A stretch of DNA of 64,000 nucleotides from Obrimoposthia wandeli. Taxonomy: Eukaryota. Both the position numbers and the translations under genes were made by a program. The stretch spans positions 248,001-312,000 of the forward strand of contig CDROCS010002991.1 in the NCBI GenBank assembly GCA_977020255.1. The letters are read 5' to 3'. The notes beneath the pieces are model-generated. The model saw only the letters and a list, made by a program, of their open reading frames with translations, searched no databases and had not been told where the DNA came from. Below, piece by piece: positions 27,501-37,336 of this stretch; within the stretch, counting starts at the first letter, position 1, and the number at the start of each line of letters is the position of its first letter.

Positions 27501-28333
27501 ATAAAGTGAAAAAGTCAGATGTAAAGTCATAAGAAAATATTAATAAAAGATGGACATTCATATGTTCTACAAAAAAAGATTTATTGAAGTTGCAATACCA
27601 AAATTGAATTCAAACTCCTACTTATTGTCAAAAAAGTATTATCTCTCAAAAGTCCAAATATTTATATGATCTGCTCGACCCTGATGTAGTGAACATGTAT
27701 AATATACATGCTCACTAGACCATTGTATATGCATCTTAGGCGCAACGATTATGACTGCATATTGGTTAAAAAAGTTTCAAGTAACAAACAGAGTGATGGA
27801 ATATTTAAAAGTTATACTCCGAATTTTTACAACAATTTACCGATAGATTTACAGAAATGCAATAATATTGAAAAATTCAATAAGTAATTGAAACAATTAT
27901 TACCTTCAAGAAATAAATCTTACATTTTCATATGTTATTTTAAATATATTCTATATGGAGTACAAGTCATAAAGAATGATTTTAAAGCTCTCACGTTCAG
28001 TTAATAGTTTTATGGTAAATCTTAAAGATGGTTTTGGATTATTTTGACTGTATTTTAAAATATTATGAACTCACTATACTAGCCAGCAGACACTAGCAAT
28101 TTTTTCCGTGACAGGTGGTAAACGGTTTCCGGAAGCAGAGACATCGCTACCGCAGTAATGTGGTCAGTATGGTCAGAAAAAGGTCTATCATACAGCAAGA
28201 CACTGAGGTCATAGAGCCACAGTCAAAGGAAACATCAAGGTGGAGAAGAATCAGGGAGAAAATCAGCGAGTCCGAGAAGGAATATTGTGAGATCCAGCCG
28301 AGAGTTGAAGGCAGAATCGTGGTCGTCCAGTAG
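12502..28333 (+). CDS. Host 5'-nucleotidase / calcineurin-like metallophosphoesterase (YfkN-like), 6 exons
   Basis: Exons 12502-12788, 13751-13913, 14972-15258, 23079-23520, 25451-25693 and 28115-28333 join in frame at GT-AG sites. Motifs [35 protein letters not shown]; C-terminal 5'-NT domain (LNAGTLR, EGRFPLVSG); terminal PRVEGRI. Confidence 0.88.
14050..14480 (+). mobile_element. pogo/Tigger DDE transposase relic in intron 2
   Basis: The degenerate [21 protein letters not shown] resembles the pogo IP.G.TS..QPLD..VNK.FK motif. Confidence 0.5.
16149..16930 (-). mobile_element. hAT transposase relic
   Basis: ORF 16149-16364 contains EASVERSFS...RSDL, the hAT C-terminal dimerisation motif. 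The upstream boundary is approximate. Confidence 0.65.
17697..17932. mobile_element. hAT-type MITE, 236 bp
   Basis: TIRs CAGCGGTTCCCAACCT / AGGTTGGAACCGCTG and a perfect 8-bp TSD ATTTAGAG (17689-17696, 17933-17940). Confidence 0.9.
19224..22700. mobile_element. Two related LTR-retrotransposon-like segments in inverted orientation
   Basis: 20500-20830 (+) is homologous to about 22045-22430 (-), e.g. aaaccttcagat, aagtaggccacaaaca.ctacaag, gtcatttttaga. The start at 19224 resembles 2487. Confidence 0.5.
26032..26445 (+). mobile_element. mariner relic
   Basis: TACGAGGTGTGTGAAAAGT resembles a mariner TIR. The downstream EDD..GGRS...LDDR.LTARMI.SELG is a mariner HTH-region motif. Confidence 0.6.
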
Positions 28334-30205
28334 CAATGGTCTTATGAGGGTTCTGTGTCAAAATATTTTAGTGGTTTTCCTCAAAGAATATTTATCTATT
28401 TTGTTTCTTATAATACTTTTTTTATTAATTTCCCTAAATGTAAATATATTTGGGAAAATATGTGTTATTTAATTGATCAGTATTTTTAATATAATTGTTT
28501 TTTTCGGTAAAATGTAATTCCCCAGTAAAATAATAAATTAACGGTATTTTAAATAAATTATCATTATTATAACAAGTACTAATGTCCCAGTGGAGATGTT
28601 TTCTTTTTTATTCCATAAATTATTTCAAACAGTGAATTTTATGAAGAACTATTTACTGTTGCATTTATAGAAAATTCAATTTGTAGTAATTAATCGTGCC
28701 AATCTTTTCCAGTTTTAGTAGACGCTATTGTTGTAACAATTACATATCTTGCCGTGCGTATAACTATTTCTGTTGGACCCTTTAGCTTCATGTTGATAAG
28801 GTGCTGTAAGCTCCTGTTTAATACCAAATTTTCGTAGCCAATTCTGAAAATATTTTCTAATAAATATTCATCCTCTATCTGTTAAAATTTTCTTAGGTTT
28901 CCAAAATGTATATATCTAATTTGTCTCTAGTGTTTTAGTAATTGTTATTTCATCTTCGTTACAGAATCATTTCTAGAAGAAATTTTTATAACAAACGTTT
29001 CTTGTTGACGCAGATTAAAAAATCACAAAATGATCAAGTAGAGCTAATTTTTGCCTCCAAATTGAGACAGCAAATTCATTATATGAGCCTTATCCCAATA
29101 ACACCAAAACTCAACGTGTGAATTATCTGTAGAAATAGGCCGAATTTTGTGTTATTGTTTTATAAATATAAAGATTATAAAATGGGTTTAGGTAGCTTAG
29201 GTCTCCCTTAAAGGAATTGAGTACTTCTTTAGATATAGTAGGTTGAAGTTATATTCAAAAATACCCTCGAAAAACTACAACAAAAACGCTATTTTATTCA
29301 AGGTCACGCTTTAAAGTTAACTATTTTAAGTACAATATGTAAATAATAATGTTTTTTTTAATATGTAAATATTAAAATTTTTATTTAAATTTGTCTTTGA
29401 TTTTTCATTCAATTAAATTAAAATATTAAATACTTTTGGTCTTTATATATCATTTTATTTGTTATTCTAATAATTAGAAATATTTTATTTTCAGAATTTT
29501 TATAGTTAAATATTTATTTTATTTTATAATAATTATGAATTTTAACAGTTCACGTTGTCATTTTTGTAATGTAAGTAATATTTTATCTTCAGTTTTATGT
29601 CCAGTTTTTCAATTTTATATAAGCTTGTTTTAACTTATTTAAGATTAATTTTTTATTCAGAATATTTGGAAAAGTTACTGGTTAGAGTTACTTAAAATAA
29701 CATCTAAATATGATTTTGGCATGTAATATATGCAGAAACAGACATAACGGGTTTTTTCATATAATGAAACCCATTTATGGATTGCTTAGGTTACTGTTAA
29801 GTAATGAGCAGTGTCCAATTAAACTGATTCCATTAAGATACAAAGTGATCTTCATCTGATTAAACTTTAAATGTTTGTTTGAAAATGCTTATAAATTTAA
29901 TATATTTTAGTACAATGACGTATTTAAACAAGATGGCGTCACAAGCAGTATTGGAGAACCTGCTTAAGTTACTGATAGGATTTGTGAAGTTCAAGCCAAG
30001 CCAGAATTTGATCAAAACAAAGAAGATTATACATTGATTGAGTCTGTAATGTTGCAGCTTTAAAAAGAGAAATCATCAAAGAAAACTCCATTAATTGGAG
30101 GTTCTGGATATAACATTAGGAACTCTGGGAACATAATAGAGAATAAACAAAATATGCTGTTTTTAACTTTTCTTAAAGGAATTATTAATCGGAAGGAAGC
30201 AAAGG

Positions 30206-30766
30206 AGAAGTGTAAAGTGTCGGTTCTAAAACAATAGCACACAAAGCCCCCCCCCCCGAACAAGGCACAAGGAACAAAGCACATCTGAAATTTGTTTAGT
30301 CATACAGATGTGCTTTGTTCCTTGTGCCTTGTTCGGGGGGGGGCTTTGTGTGCTATTGTTTTAGAACCGACACTTTACGTCTCGAAATTTGTTTGGTCTT
30401 ATGCGTCACTTACGATTATGTAGGTTAATATTTTGTAACATTAAGTATATAGTTCAAAAATTTAAAAATTTAAAATTTAAAAATTTAAAATTTAAAATTA
30501 AAAAAATTAAAAAATTAAATATGAAAATTAAAAATTTAAATTTTAATTCAAATTAAATATGAAAATTAAAATTTTAATTTGAAAATTAAATATGAAAATT
30601 AAAAATTAAAATTTTGAAATTAAACACAATTGACCGTCCCAAATTTTATTTGCAACTATTTAATTTACTTAGTACTGCGACCTCATTCCAGGAGTTAGAC
30701 TGCCCCGCATAACCGGACAGCTATCGCAGTTTTATCTTAAGAAACGTTATTGTTTATAGTAGGAGT
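30206..30766 (+). repeat. Left TIR, containing a terminal palindrome (30212-30378) and AT-rich heptamer repeats (30455-30615)
   Basis: Reverse complement of 44718-45250 on both sides of the assembly gap. Confidence 0.92.
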
Positions 30767-30822
30767 CTATATTTATATAATGAATAAAGCAAAGTAACAT
30801 CGATAAATATATATTAGTACAA

Positions 30823-31473
30823 TTATAAGCGAACTTGTCCATCAGTAATTTTCCAGATTGGTTTATGAAGACCTGTACAGTTGATTTTGTATCCCTGTAT
30901 TGAAATGACGATCATCCACTTGAGTCCAGTTCCCATATTGTCAACATTAAAGTCGTGATCTCGCTTGAAAAGATTAGGATCAGCTCGAATTATTATATGA
31001 TTCCCAACTATGATGTTGAGATGCATCGACTCAAAAGTTTTGTTAAGATCATCAATATCTGACGGATTTAATCTATGTATCTTGAAATCGTATTTTGACT
31101 TATTCAGAGCCACCGGAAACATGAATCCATATATGATTGGAGTCTTCAAAAAATTCATTTGCCAGTTATAAAACATAACCGGCTTGGTGTACTTCAAATC
31201 GTTAGACTCAAATATTACATCTGATGGTTTATTGTTGAACGGTTTCTTATGTTTGGGTGTAGAGACTATATCATCAATAAAGAGATCCTCATTTGTTGCT
31301 TGCTTCTCAATCTTGATAATCTTGGTTTGTTTATGGTTGTTGCTTGTCATAGTTTGCTTCTTTGGTTTTGATATAAAAACTACATCATCATCATCGGTAT
31401 CCACATCTGTGTCTGTAAGCCTTGTTGGTGGTGGCTTCTCGAACTTAAGAGATTTAGTTTGTTTAGAGTTCAT
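30823..31473 (-). CDS. ORF X, 216 aa, unknown (possible OB-fold ssDNA-binding protein)
   Basis: Intact ORF. Acidic DDDDVVFI segment in a disordered N-terminus; conserved C-terminal domain shared with 3831-4241. Confidence 0.7.
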   Translation of the reverse strand: MNSKQTKSLKFEKPPPTRLTDTDVDTDDDDVVFISKPKKQTMTSNNHKQTKIIKIEKQATNEDLFIDDIVSTPKHKKPFNNKPSDVIFESNDLKYTKPVMFYNWQMNFLKTPIIYGFMFPVALNKSKYDFKIHRLNPSDIDDLNKTFESMHLNIIVGNHIIIRADPNLFKRDHDFNVDNMGTGLKWMIVISIQGYKINCTGLHKPIWKITDGQVRL

Positions 31474-31601
31474 ATCAAAATAATGAATTCTATACCAAAA
31501 GTGGTAGCTTATATATATATATATATCATACTCGATTCTGATTGGATAATCTTTAGCTTAAAAATTTATATATAGATTGGGTTATTTCCATCAATTCAAT
31601 C

Positions 31602-32092
31602 ATGAATCTTGCAAATATTAATTATAAAGGTAAAGTTAAAGGAGACATCAGTCACTTACCCTTCAAAACCGGGAAACCATGTCAGTACGTGCACAGGTGT
31701 AAGGATTATACCCTTATAATCTTCCGTTCAGGTATGTTTTTATGTTAGTTAGTTAGTTATTATTATTAGGAGCATGCAGGATAATGGGTTGCAAGAAACC
31801 TATTACTACAACTTTGCTCAAGTGTCCATTTAGAATAAAGATTGATCGTATTCAATCAGTAACGGTTACTGTCGATTTAGGTAAGAAGGTGAACCTATAC
31901 AAGTTGTCTCAAAAGTGTGGAGCTGCGTGCATGTTCGAACCTGAGTTGTTTCCTGCTTTAAGGTTTACAAAACACAATCCTCTGTGCGTCAACATATTTG
32001 CAAGCGGGAAAGTGGTCATACTCGGTCTCAAGGATTTGGATTATCACTTTGATGTGACTTTGATAATAACTGATATTTTACTTTTGATATAA
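31602..32092 (+). CDS. TATA-binding-protein-like protein, about 150 aa, two exons (31602-31731, 31770-32092)
   Basis: Repeat 1 ...TLIIFRSGACRIMGCK versus TBP TALIFSSGKMVCTGAK; repeat 2 MFEPELFPAL...VNIFASGKVVILGLK versus TBP YEPELFPGL...LIFVSGKVVLTGAK. A 38-nt GT-AG intron restores the frame. Confidence 0.85.
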
Positions 32093-32133
32093 ACAATAAA
32101 TTTTAGTTGAATTTTATTCTTACATGATTTGAA

Positions 32134-33033
32134 ATGCTAGTTGATTATATACTTCATTATACAACTGTTGATGATGTTTTAGTTAGACGAAAAGTAGGTT
32201 ATTCTAGAATGAAAGTTTTACACTGGAAATATAGACGTGAAAGTGAAAGATTAAGATCATTAATTATAAATTTTAAAGGGAAACAATCTGTAAATGATTT
32301 AGCTAAAGCCGGATTTTATAAACATGATGATGATTCAACCGATAAAGTAAAATGTATATACTGTCAAGGTGCGTTATCCGAATGGGAATGGTATCTTAAA
32401 CCAATGAAGCAACATATGAAATTTTTTCCTACATGTCCATTTATTTTAAAGTTAAATGTTTCAAATGTACCAATAATTGAAACTATGAACAAGAAAATCG
32501 ATTTTGATACATCACCATTGATTGGAAAAGTACATGTATCAGATATTGATATAAAATTACCTGATATATGCTATTCAAACAGTTTAGGACCCTATAATGA
32601 GGCTAATGTTATTGAGAAAATCGAAACAGATTGTATAATTGAATATCCTTTGACTATCGAGAAATTCGATATGTTGATGGATACAAACCAAATCAGATAT
32701 TTGAAAAAGTTTTTCACAAAAGATAGAATAAAATCTGTTTTAAAATATAAAATGATGCGATATGGTGAATACAATTCACTATTTGAATTGCTTTGTGATT
32801 TATCTAATTTAGAAATGAAACCTGAGAAACAATATATAAATATACTTTCATACATTTTAAAGGTACCCGAATGTGTAGTATGTTTAAATAATCATATTGA
32901 AGTAGTATTTCTCCCTTGTGGACATGTAAATACATGTATATCATGTTCTAGAATGTTACATTCATGTCCAGTATGCAGATGTCTGATCGAACGGAGAGTA
33001 AGAAATGTAAAATTTCATGGTATAAACAATTGA
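32134..33033 (+). CDS. Inhibitor of apoptosis (one BIR + C-terminal RING)
   Basis: BIR: LAKAGFY...VKCIYCQGALSEWE....KQHMKFFPTCPF. RING: CVVC....EVVFLPCGH..TC..C....CPVCR. Confidence 0.92.
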   Translation: MLVDYILHYTTVDDVLVRRKVGYSRMKVLHWKYRRESERLRSLIINFKGKQSVNDLAKAGFYKHDDDSTDKVKCIYCQGALSEWEWYLKPMKQHMKFFPTCPFILKLNVSNVPIIETMNKKIDFDTSPLIGKVHVSDIDIKLPDICYSNSLGPYNEANVIEKIETDCIIEYPLTIEKFDMLMDTNQIRYLKKFFTKDRIKSVLKYKMMRYGEYNSLFELLCDLSNLEMKPEKQYINILSYILKVPECVVCLNNHIEVVFLPCGHVNTCISCSRMLHSCPVCRCLIERRVRNVKFHGINN

Positions 33034-33051
33034 AATTTATGAATTATATAA

Positions 33052-33318
33052 ATGGATAAAAACGATAAATTAGTTGATGATGCAGTCGAGGAAATTATAA
33101 ACGGAACAATAAATGGAGTTCAATACTTTTCTAGTTTTGATGGACTTTCTCGTAATAATATAAAGGAAATTGTTTGCACCCATGTCTATAGAGATATCAA
33201 ACGGATTAAGGATTTTGAAAAATTTGTTCAAATTAATCGTTCAAACATGATGTATATAACCTTTTCTGCATCAATTTTTAATTCTCTGTTGTTGTATATA
33301 TTAATAAAACGTATATAA
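33052..33318 (+). CDS. Small protein with C-terminal hydrophobic helix
   Basis: 88-aa ORF with a homolog at 5635-5916. Confidence 0.7.
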   Translation: MDKNDKLVDDAVEEIINGTINGVQYFSSFDGLSRNNIKEIVCTHVYRDIKRIKDFEKFVQINRSNMMYITFSASIFNSLLLYILIKRI

Positions 33319-33348
33319 ACAATCGTTTTTTTTGATTTATTATTATTG

Positions 33349-33996
33349 ATGATGATAAAACTTAAAAATAACGCGGTTTACCAAATAATAGGACCTAGTG
33401 GGAGTGGGAAAACACATTTTGTAACTAAATTACTTCAAAATAAAAACATGTTTAATCAAAAGTTTAGTAGAATATACTGGCATTACGGAGGTGTAGGTGA
33501 ATCTGGTCTAACACGAACAGAATTAGGTAAATTGAAGGGTATTCATTTTATTAATGGTTTTGATAATAAATGGTCTGAGAGGTTAAATTCAGGAGATGTC
33601 ATTGTAATTGATGATTTGTTTGATGAAGCAAATAAAGAGTCGGGTTTTAATAACCTGTTTACCAAAATAGCTAGACATAGAAATGTAACAGTGATTTTTA
33701 TCACTCAAAATCTCTTTCATCAAGGCGGTCAACACCGTACTCGGAATTTAAATGTACATTATCTAGTATTATTTAAAAATCCGCGAGATCAAACGGTTAT
33801 CGACTTTGTTGCCCGTCAAGCTTTCCCTTGTAATAAGCAATATTTGATTGACGCATTTCAAGATGCAACAACTAACCCTCATGGATACTTGTTTTTAGAT
33901 TTTACACAGGAATGTCCAGACGATTTACGCGTGAGAACCGATATTTTCAATAATGATTTTGTATATAAACAAAAGAAAAGCCTATCTACTTGTTAA
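33349..33996 (+). CDS. A32/FtsK-HerA-type packaging ATPase
   Basis: Walker A GPSGSGKT, Walker B VIVIDD, followed by ARHRN and FITQN. Confidence 0.92.
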   Translation: MMIKLKNNAVYQIIGPSGSGKTHFVTKLLQNKNMFNQKFSRIYWHYGGVGESGLTRTELGKLKGIHFINGFDNKWSERLNSGDVIVIDDLFDEANKESGFNNLFTKIARHRNVTVIFITQNLFHQGGQHRTRNLNVHYLVLFKNPRDQTVIDFVARQAFPCNKQYLIDAFQDATTNPHGYLFLDFTQECPDDLRVRTDIFNNDFVYKQKKSLSTC

Positions 33997-33998
33997 TC

Positions 33999-34310
33999 AT
34001 GTCATTTATGAAAGAAACAATGCCTAGTGGAGTTAGACCTAAATGGAGACCGGGTGATAAATTACACGCTAATGATAACAAATTGATGTTAAAGAAGAAT
34101 GCTCATATTAAAAATCTTATTAAATCAGTGCTTCATCGGCGTAAAGTAGTCGATGAATCATTAAAGAAATCGGTAAAGACAGTAAAGAGAAAACCTGTAA
34201 AAAAGAAACCATTAAAGAAGAAACCTGTTAAGAAAGCAGTTGGAAAGTCGGTTAAGAAGTCGGATAAAAAGCGTGTAAATAAACTAGTTGGTAAATGGAT
34301 TAAACTATAA
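33999..34310 (+). CDS. Lys-rich basic protein (candidate DNA-condensing core protein)
   Basis: KKSVKTVKRKPVKKKPLKKKPVKKAVGKSVKK, with histone-H1-tail-like composition. Confidence 0.6.
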   Translation: MSFMKETMPSGVRPKWRPGDKLHANDNKLMLKKNAHIKNLIKSVLHRRKVVDESLKKSVKTVKRKPVKKKPLKKKPVKKAVGKSVKKSDKKRVNKLVGKWIKL

Positions 34311-34341
34311 ACAATATTGCAAATAGTTTAATTCATTAAAC

Positions 34342-34671
34342 ATGTTATCAAAATCTATACTTCCCTACTTTCAGGCTTTAATCAAGGCTCCAAGCATATA
34401 TAGACAACGTATACTCAAGTCATTTCCACCCTTTGTTATAGATAAGTTGGTTGAAGTCTTGTTTAATATTACAAAAGGTACTGTAAAAATCGGTAATCAT
34501 AAACATAACCTTAGAAAACATCAAAAAGCTTTACTTGATTTAGTGAATACTAAAAGTAAAACTGGTAAACGTAGAGTAATTCTAAAACAAAAAGGTGGTT
34601 TTATCGGTGCATTAATACCTATAATTGCTACTTTAGTATCTCCTTTGATTGCAAAATTGATAAACTCATAA
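34342..34671 (+). CDS. Conserved Polinton small protein with an adenovirus pX-like C-terminus
   Basis: Ends QKGGFIGALIPIIATLV, resembling the GG-FLPALIPIIA C-terminus of adenovirus protein X. Confidence 0.7.
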   Translation: MLSKSILPYFQALIKAPSIYRQRILKSFPPFVIDKLVEVLFNITKGTVKIGNHKHNLRKHQKALLDLVNTKSKTGKRRVILKQKGGFIGALIPIIATLVSPLIAKLINS

Positions 34672-34722
34672 ACAAAATGGGTAATAACATACCAAACATC
34701 GATTTTAAATTCACTTGTTGTA

Positions 34723-35757
34723 ATGGAAACGATATGGTACGATCCCGAAAACCCAGCTGGGTACAGCGGCATTGGCAAACTATCATTAAAAAGTCAATCG
34801 ACTCAAAAGAAAACTCAGAAATGGCTGAGCAATCAGCTAGCATACAGTCTAAACAAGCCAATGAAGCGGAAGTTCCCGACTCGAGCATACAGAACAAGCG
34901 GTCCTAACGATTTATGGCAGGCCGATTTGATGGAAATGATACCATATGCAAGTATCAATGATGGTAACAAGTATATTTTAACATGTATTGACGTGTTTAC
35001 AAGGTATGCGCGTGTATTACCTGTAAAATCTAAATCAGGTAAGGATATAGAGGCTGCTCTAAGTATAATGACTGATAAAACTGTCTCCATACATGTGCAA
35101 ACTGATAAGGGTAAAGAGTTTTACAACAAAAATGTAGGTAGTTTATTTAAAAAATTAAATATTGAACATTACTCTGTAGTTTCACAATTCAAAGCTGCCC
35201 TAGTTGAAAGGTTTAATAGAACATTGAGAGATCGATTAAAAAGACATTTTATTGCACAAGGCAATAAAAGATGGGTTGACGTTTTACCAAAAGTAATGAC
35301 TTCATACAATCACAGTAAGCATAGAGGTTTAGACGGATTGAGACCTGTCGATATTAATGATAAAAATGCAATGGAAATTTGGTTGAGTCGTAATCAAGTC
35401 GATAAAGTTAATAAACCCAAACATAAGACTGGTGATTATGTTCGGATATCAAAGTTTAGTGGTAGCCCCTTTATTAAAAACTTTGATCAGAATTGGAGTG
35501 ATGAAGAGTTTAGGATAGAGAAAATAGACAAACGTGCAAATCCTGTAATGTACTCTATAGTTGATGATGACTGTAATGTAATAACAGGGAAATTTTATGA
35601 ACCTGAACTACAAGTAATTGATAAACCTACACTTTTCCGTATCCAAGAAGTCGTAAAATCTAAAGGCCGTAGTAAGAATAAACAATATCTCGTAAAGTGG
35701 CATGGATATTCTGAATCAACATGGATCAAAGCAAGCCAGATAGAGACTTCTATATGA
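34723..35757 (+). CDS. Retroviral-type (rve) DDE integrase with C-terminal chromodomain
   Basis: WQADL, QTDKGKEF and VERFNRTL catalytic motifs; KQYLVKWHGY...TW chromodomain. Confidence 0.95.
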   Translation: METIWYDPENPAGYSGIGKLSLKSQSTQKKTQKWLSNQLAYSLNKPMKRKFPTRAYRTSGPNDLWQADLMEMIPYASINDGNKYILTCIDVFTRYARVLPVKSKSGKDIEAALSIMTDKTVSIHVQTDKGKEFYNKNVGSLFKKLNIEHYSVVSQFKAALVERFNRTLRDRLKRHFIAQGNKRWVDVLPKVMTSYNHSKHRGLDGLRPVDINDKNAMEIWLSRNQVDKVNKPKHKTGDYVRISKFSGSPFIKNFDQNWSDEEFRIEKIDKRANPVMYSIVDDDCNVITGKFYEPELQVIDKPTLFRIQEVVKSKGRSKNKQYLVKWHGYSESTWIKASQIETSI

Positions 35758-36890
35758 TTTTACCGAGTAATAGTTGTCCGAAAACTCAACCTAATAATAT
35801 GGCTTCATTATTCACTGTAGATTGAGAGAATCCAATTACGTTAAATGGTAAATGGGAGGCGACATTAACTGAATTTACGTACACAAACACTCCTGTTATT
35901 TTAAATAAGGGCAGTGAAATTAATTATTCTATTAAATTCTCCAATCAACAGACTGATCAAATATCTTTATCAGTAATTCATACTCAAGTAGAAGTAGAAA
36001 AGAAAGAACCGCAATTGCATGGTGATAAATCAGAACCAAAAGTTATTAAAAAGACAATTAATAAAATATCAAAACTCACCGTCACGTCTAAAGATAAGAT
36101 TGCAAAGCTTTCTATTTCCTTAAGCACAGTTGGTGTAGGTATTGATAAAAAGGATAATGTTGTACTAATAAAATCCGTCAACAACAAAAAATTCTATATC
36201 AAGATGGATGCTGACGCTAAAAATGAATTAGGATTCATTTTCAATACATTAACTTCAGAAGGTTTCGAGTCTGATGATAAAGGAGTTTTACTTGGATCAA
36301 CGTCTATCAGACCTGATTGCAGTGCACATAATTTACAATATATGCATTATAAAACCGGTTCATACAACAAGAAAATTGTATTTACAGAAGATTTAAATAA
36401 TAATAATGTAAATGCATTAGTAGCATACATTAAATCTAAATGCGACGTCATATTTAAAAGATTTTATATTGATGATAATGATAAGCTAATAAAATTTGTA
36501 TTAAAGAATGGAATTGAGCATATTGGATTTGATCAACGTTTAATGTATGTATTAGGGTTAGATAAATCACGATTTACGGGCAACGGGTCTGGACTACCTC
36601 GATTAAATTACGAGTTTGATCACATGTACTTGTATTCTAGTCTGTGTGAACCTGTAAACGTTGGAGGTCAAATGATACCCTTATTAAAATCTATATGGTT
36701 AGATAAAAATAAAGCACCAGGAGACACGGTTAATATCGCAATATACAGACCCATGTATATCCCTTTAGCATCAAATGTAATCTCAAACATTGAAATTAAT
36801 ATTAGAAACGATGCAGGTGTTCCAATAAGTTTTTCCAACAATGCAAAAGTATCCCTTACCATACATGTCCGTTGTATAGATCAGGTATAA
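35754..36890 (+). CDS. Minor capsid (penton) protein with one in-frame TGA at 35823-35825
   Basis: MILPSNS...FTVD*ENPITLNGKWEATLTEF N-terminus is in frame with ORF 36015-36890, which has MYLYSSLCEP..VG...PLLK and PMYIP...IEINIR. The ATG overlaps the integrase stop (ATGA). Confidence 0.8.
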
Positions 36891-36926
36891 ACAATCTGTA
36901 TTCAAAAATAGTTGTCCATTACAGTT

Positions 36927-37334
36927 ATGAATATAATTGAGACATTTAGTGGACCTCAACAAGGTGGTGAATTACCATATTTTGTAGGTAAACAGTACGG
37001 TTCGGGATGGTTGAAAACATTGGGACGGTTAGCATTCCCTATACTGAAAAGATTAGGCCGTGTTGGAGTTAAAACAGTTCAAGATGTAATAATGAACAAC
37101 AAATCTGTGTTACCAATGCTTAAACAACATGCACTAGGGGAAGTTGCCGGAGCCATACCGGAGGCTAAGGAAGCTTTTGGTACAGTTGTTAAAATTATTA
37201 AAAATCGACGTAAACGTAAAGCAAGTGAAGCAGCACAAACGGTTGAACCCGAAACTAAAAAGCAAGAGGGTAGTGGTAGAAAGAAAGCATCTAGTATAAA
37301 CAAACGAAGAAAACAAGGTACAATATTTGCTTAA
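36927..37334 (+). CDS. Conserved Polinton core/cement protein with QxGG/QxGSG sites and an amphipathic helix (pVI-like by inference)
   Basis: QQGG..., QYGSG-WLKTLGRLAFPILKRLG, QEGSG, and a basic C-terminus. Homolog at 56942. Confidence 0.7.
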   Translation: MNIIETFSGPQQGGELPYFVGKQYGSGWLKTLGRLAFPILKRLGRVGVKTVQDVIMNNKSVLPMLKQHALGEVAGAIPEAKEAFGTVVKIIKNRRKRKASEAAQTVEPETKKQEGSGRKKASSINKRRKQGTIFA

Positions 37335-37336
37335 TA

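Noticed and set aside
34677-34907. 76-aa ORF overlapping the integrase start
   Set aside because: No recognisable motif, and it lies in an alternative frame of a conserved gene. It could be a uORF but is unsupported.
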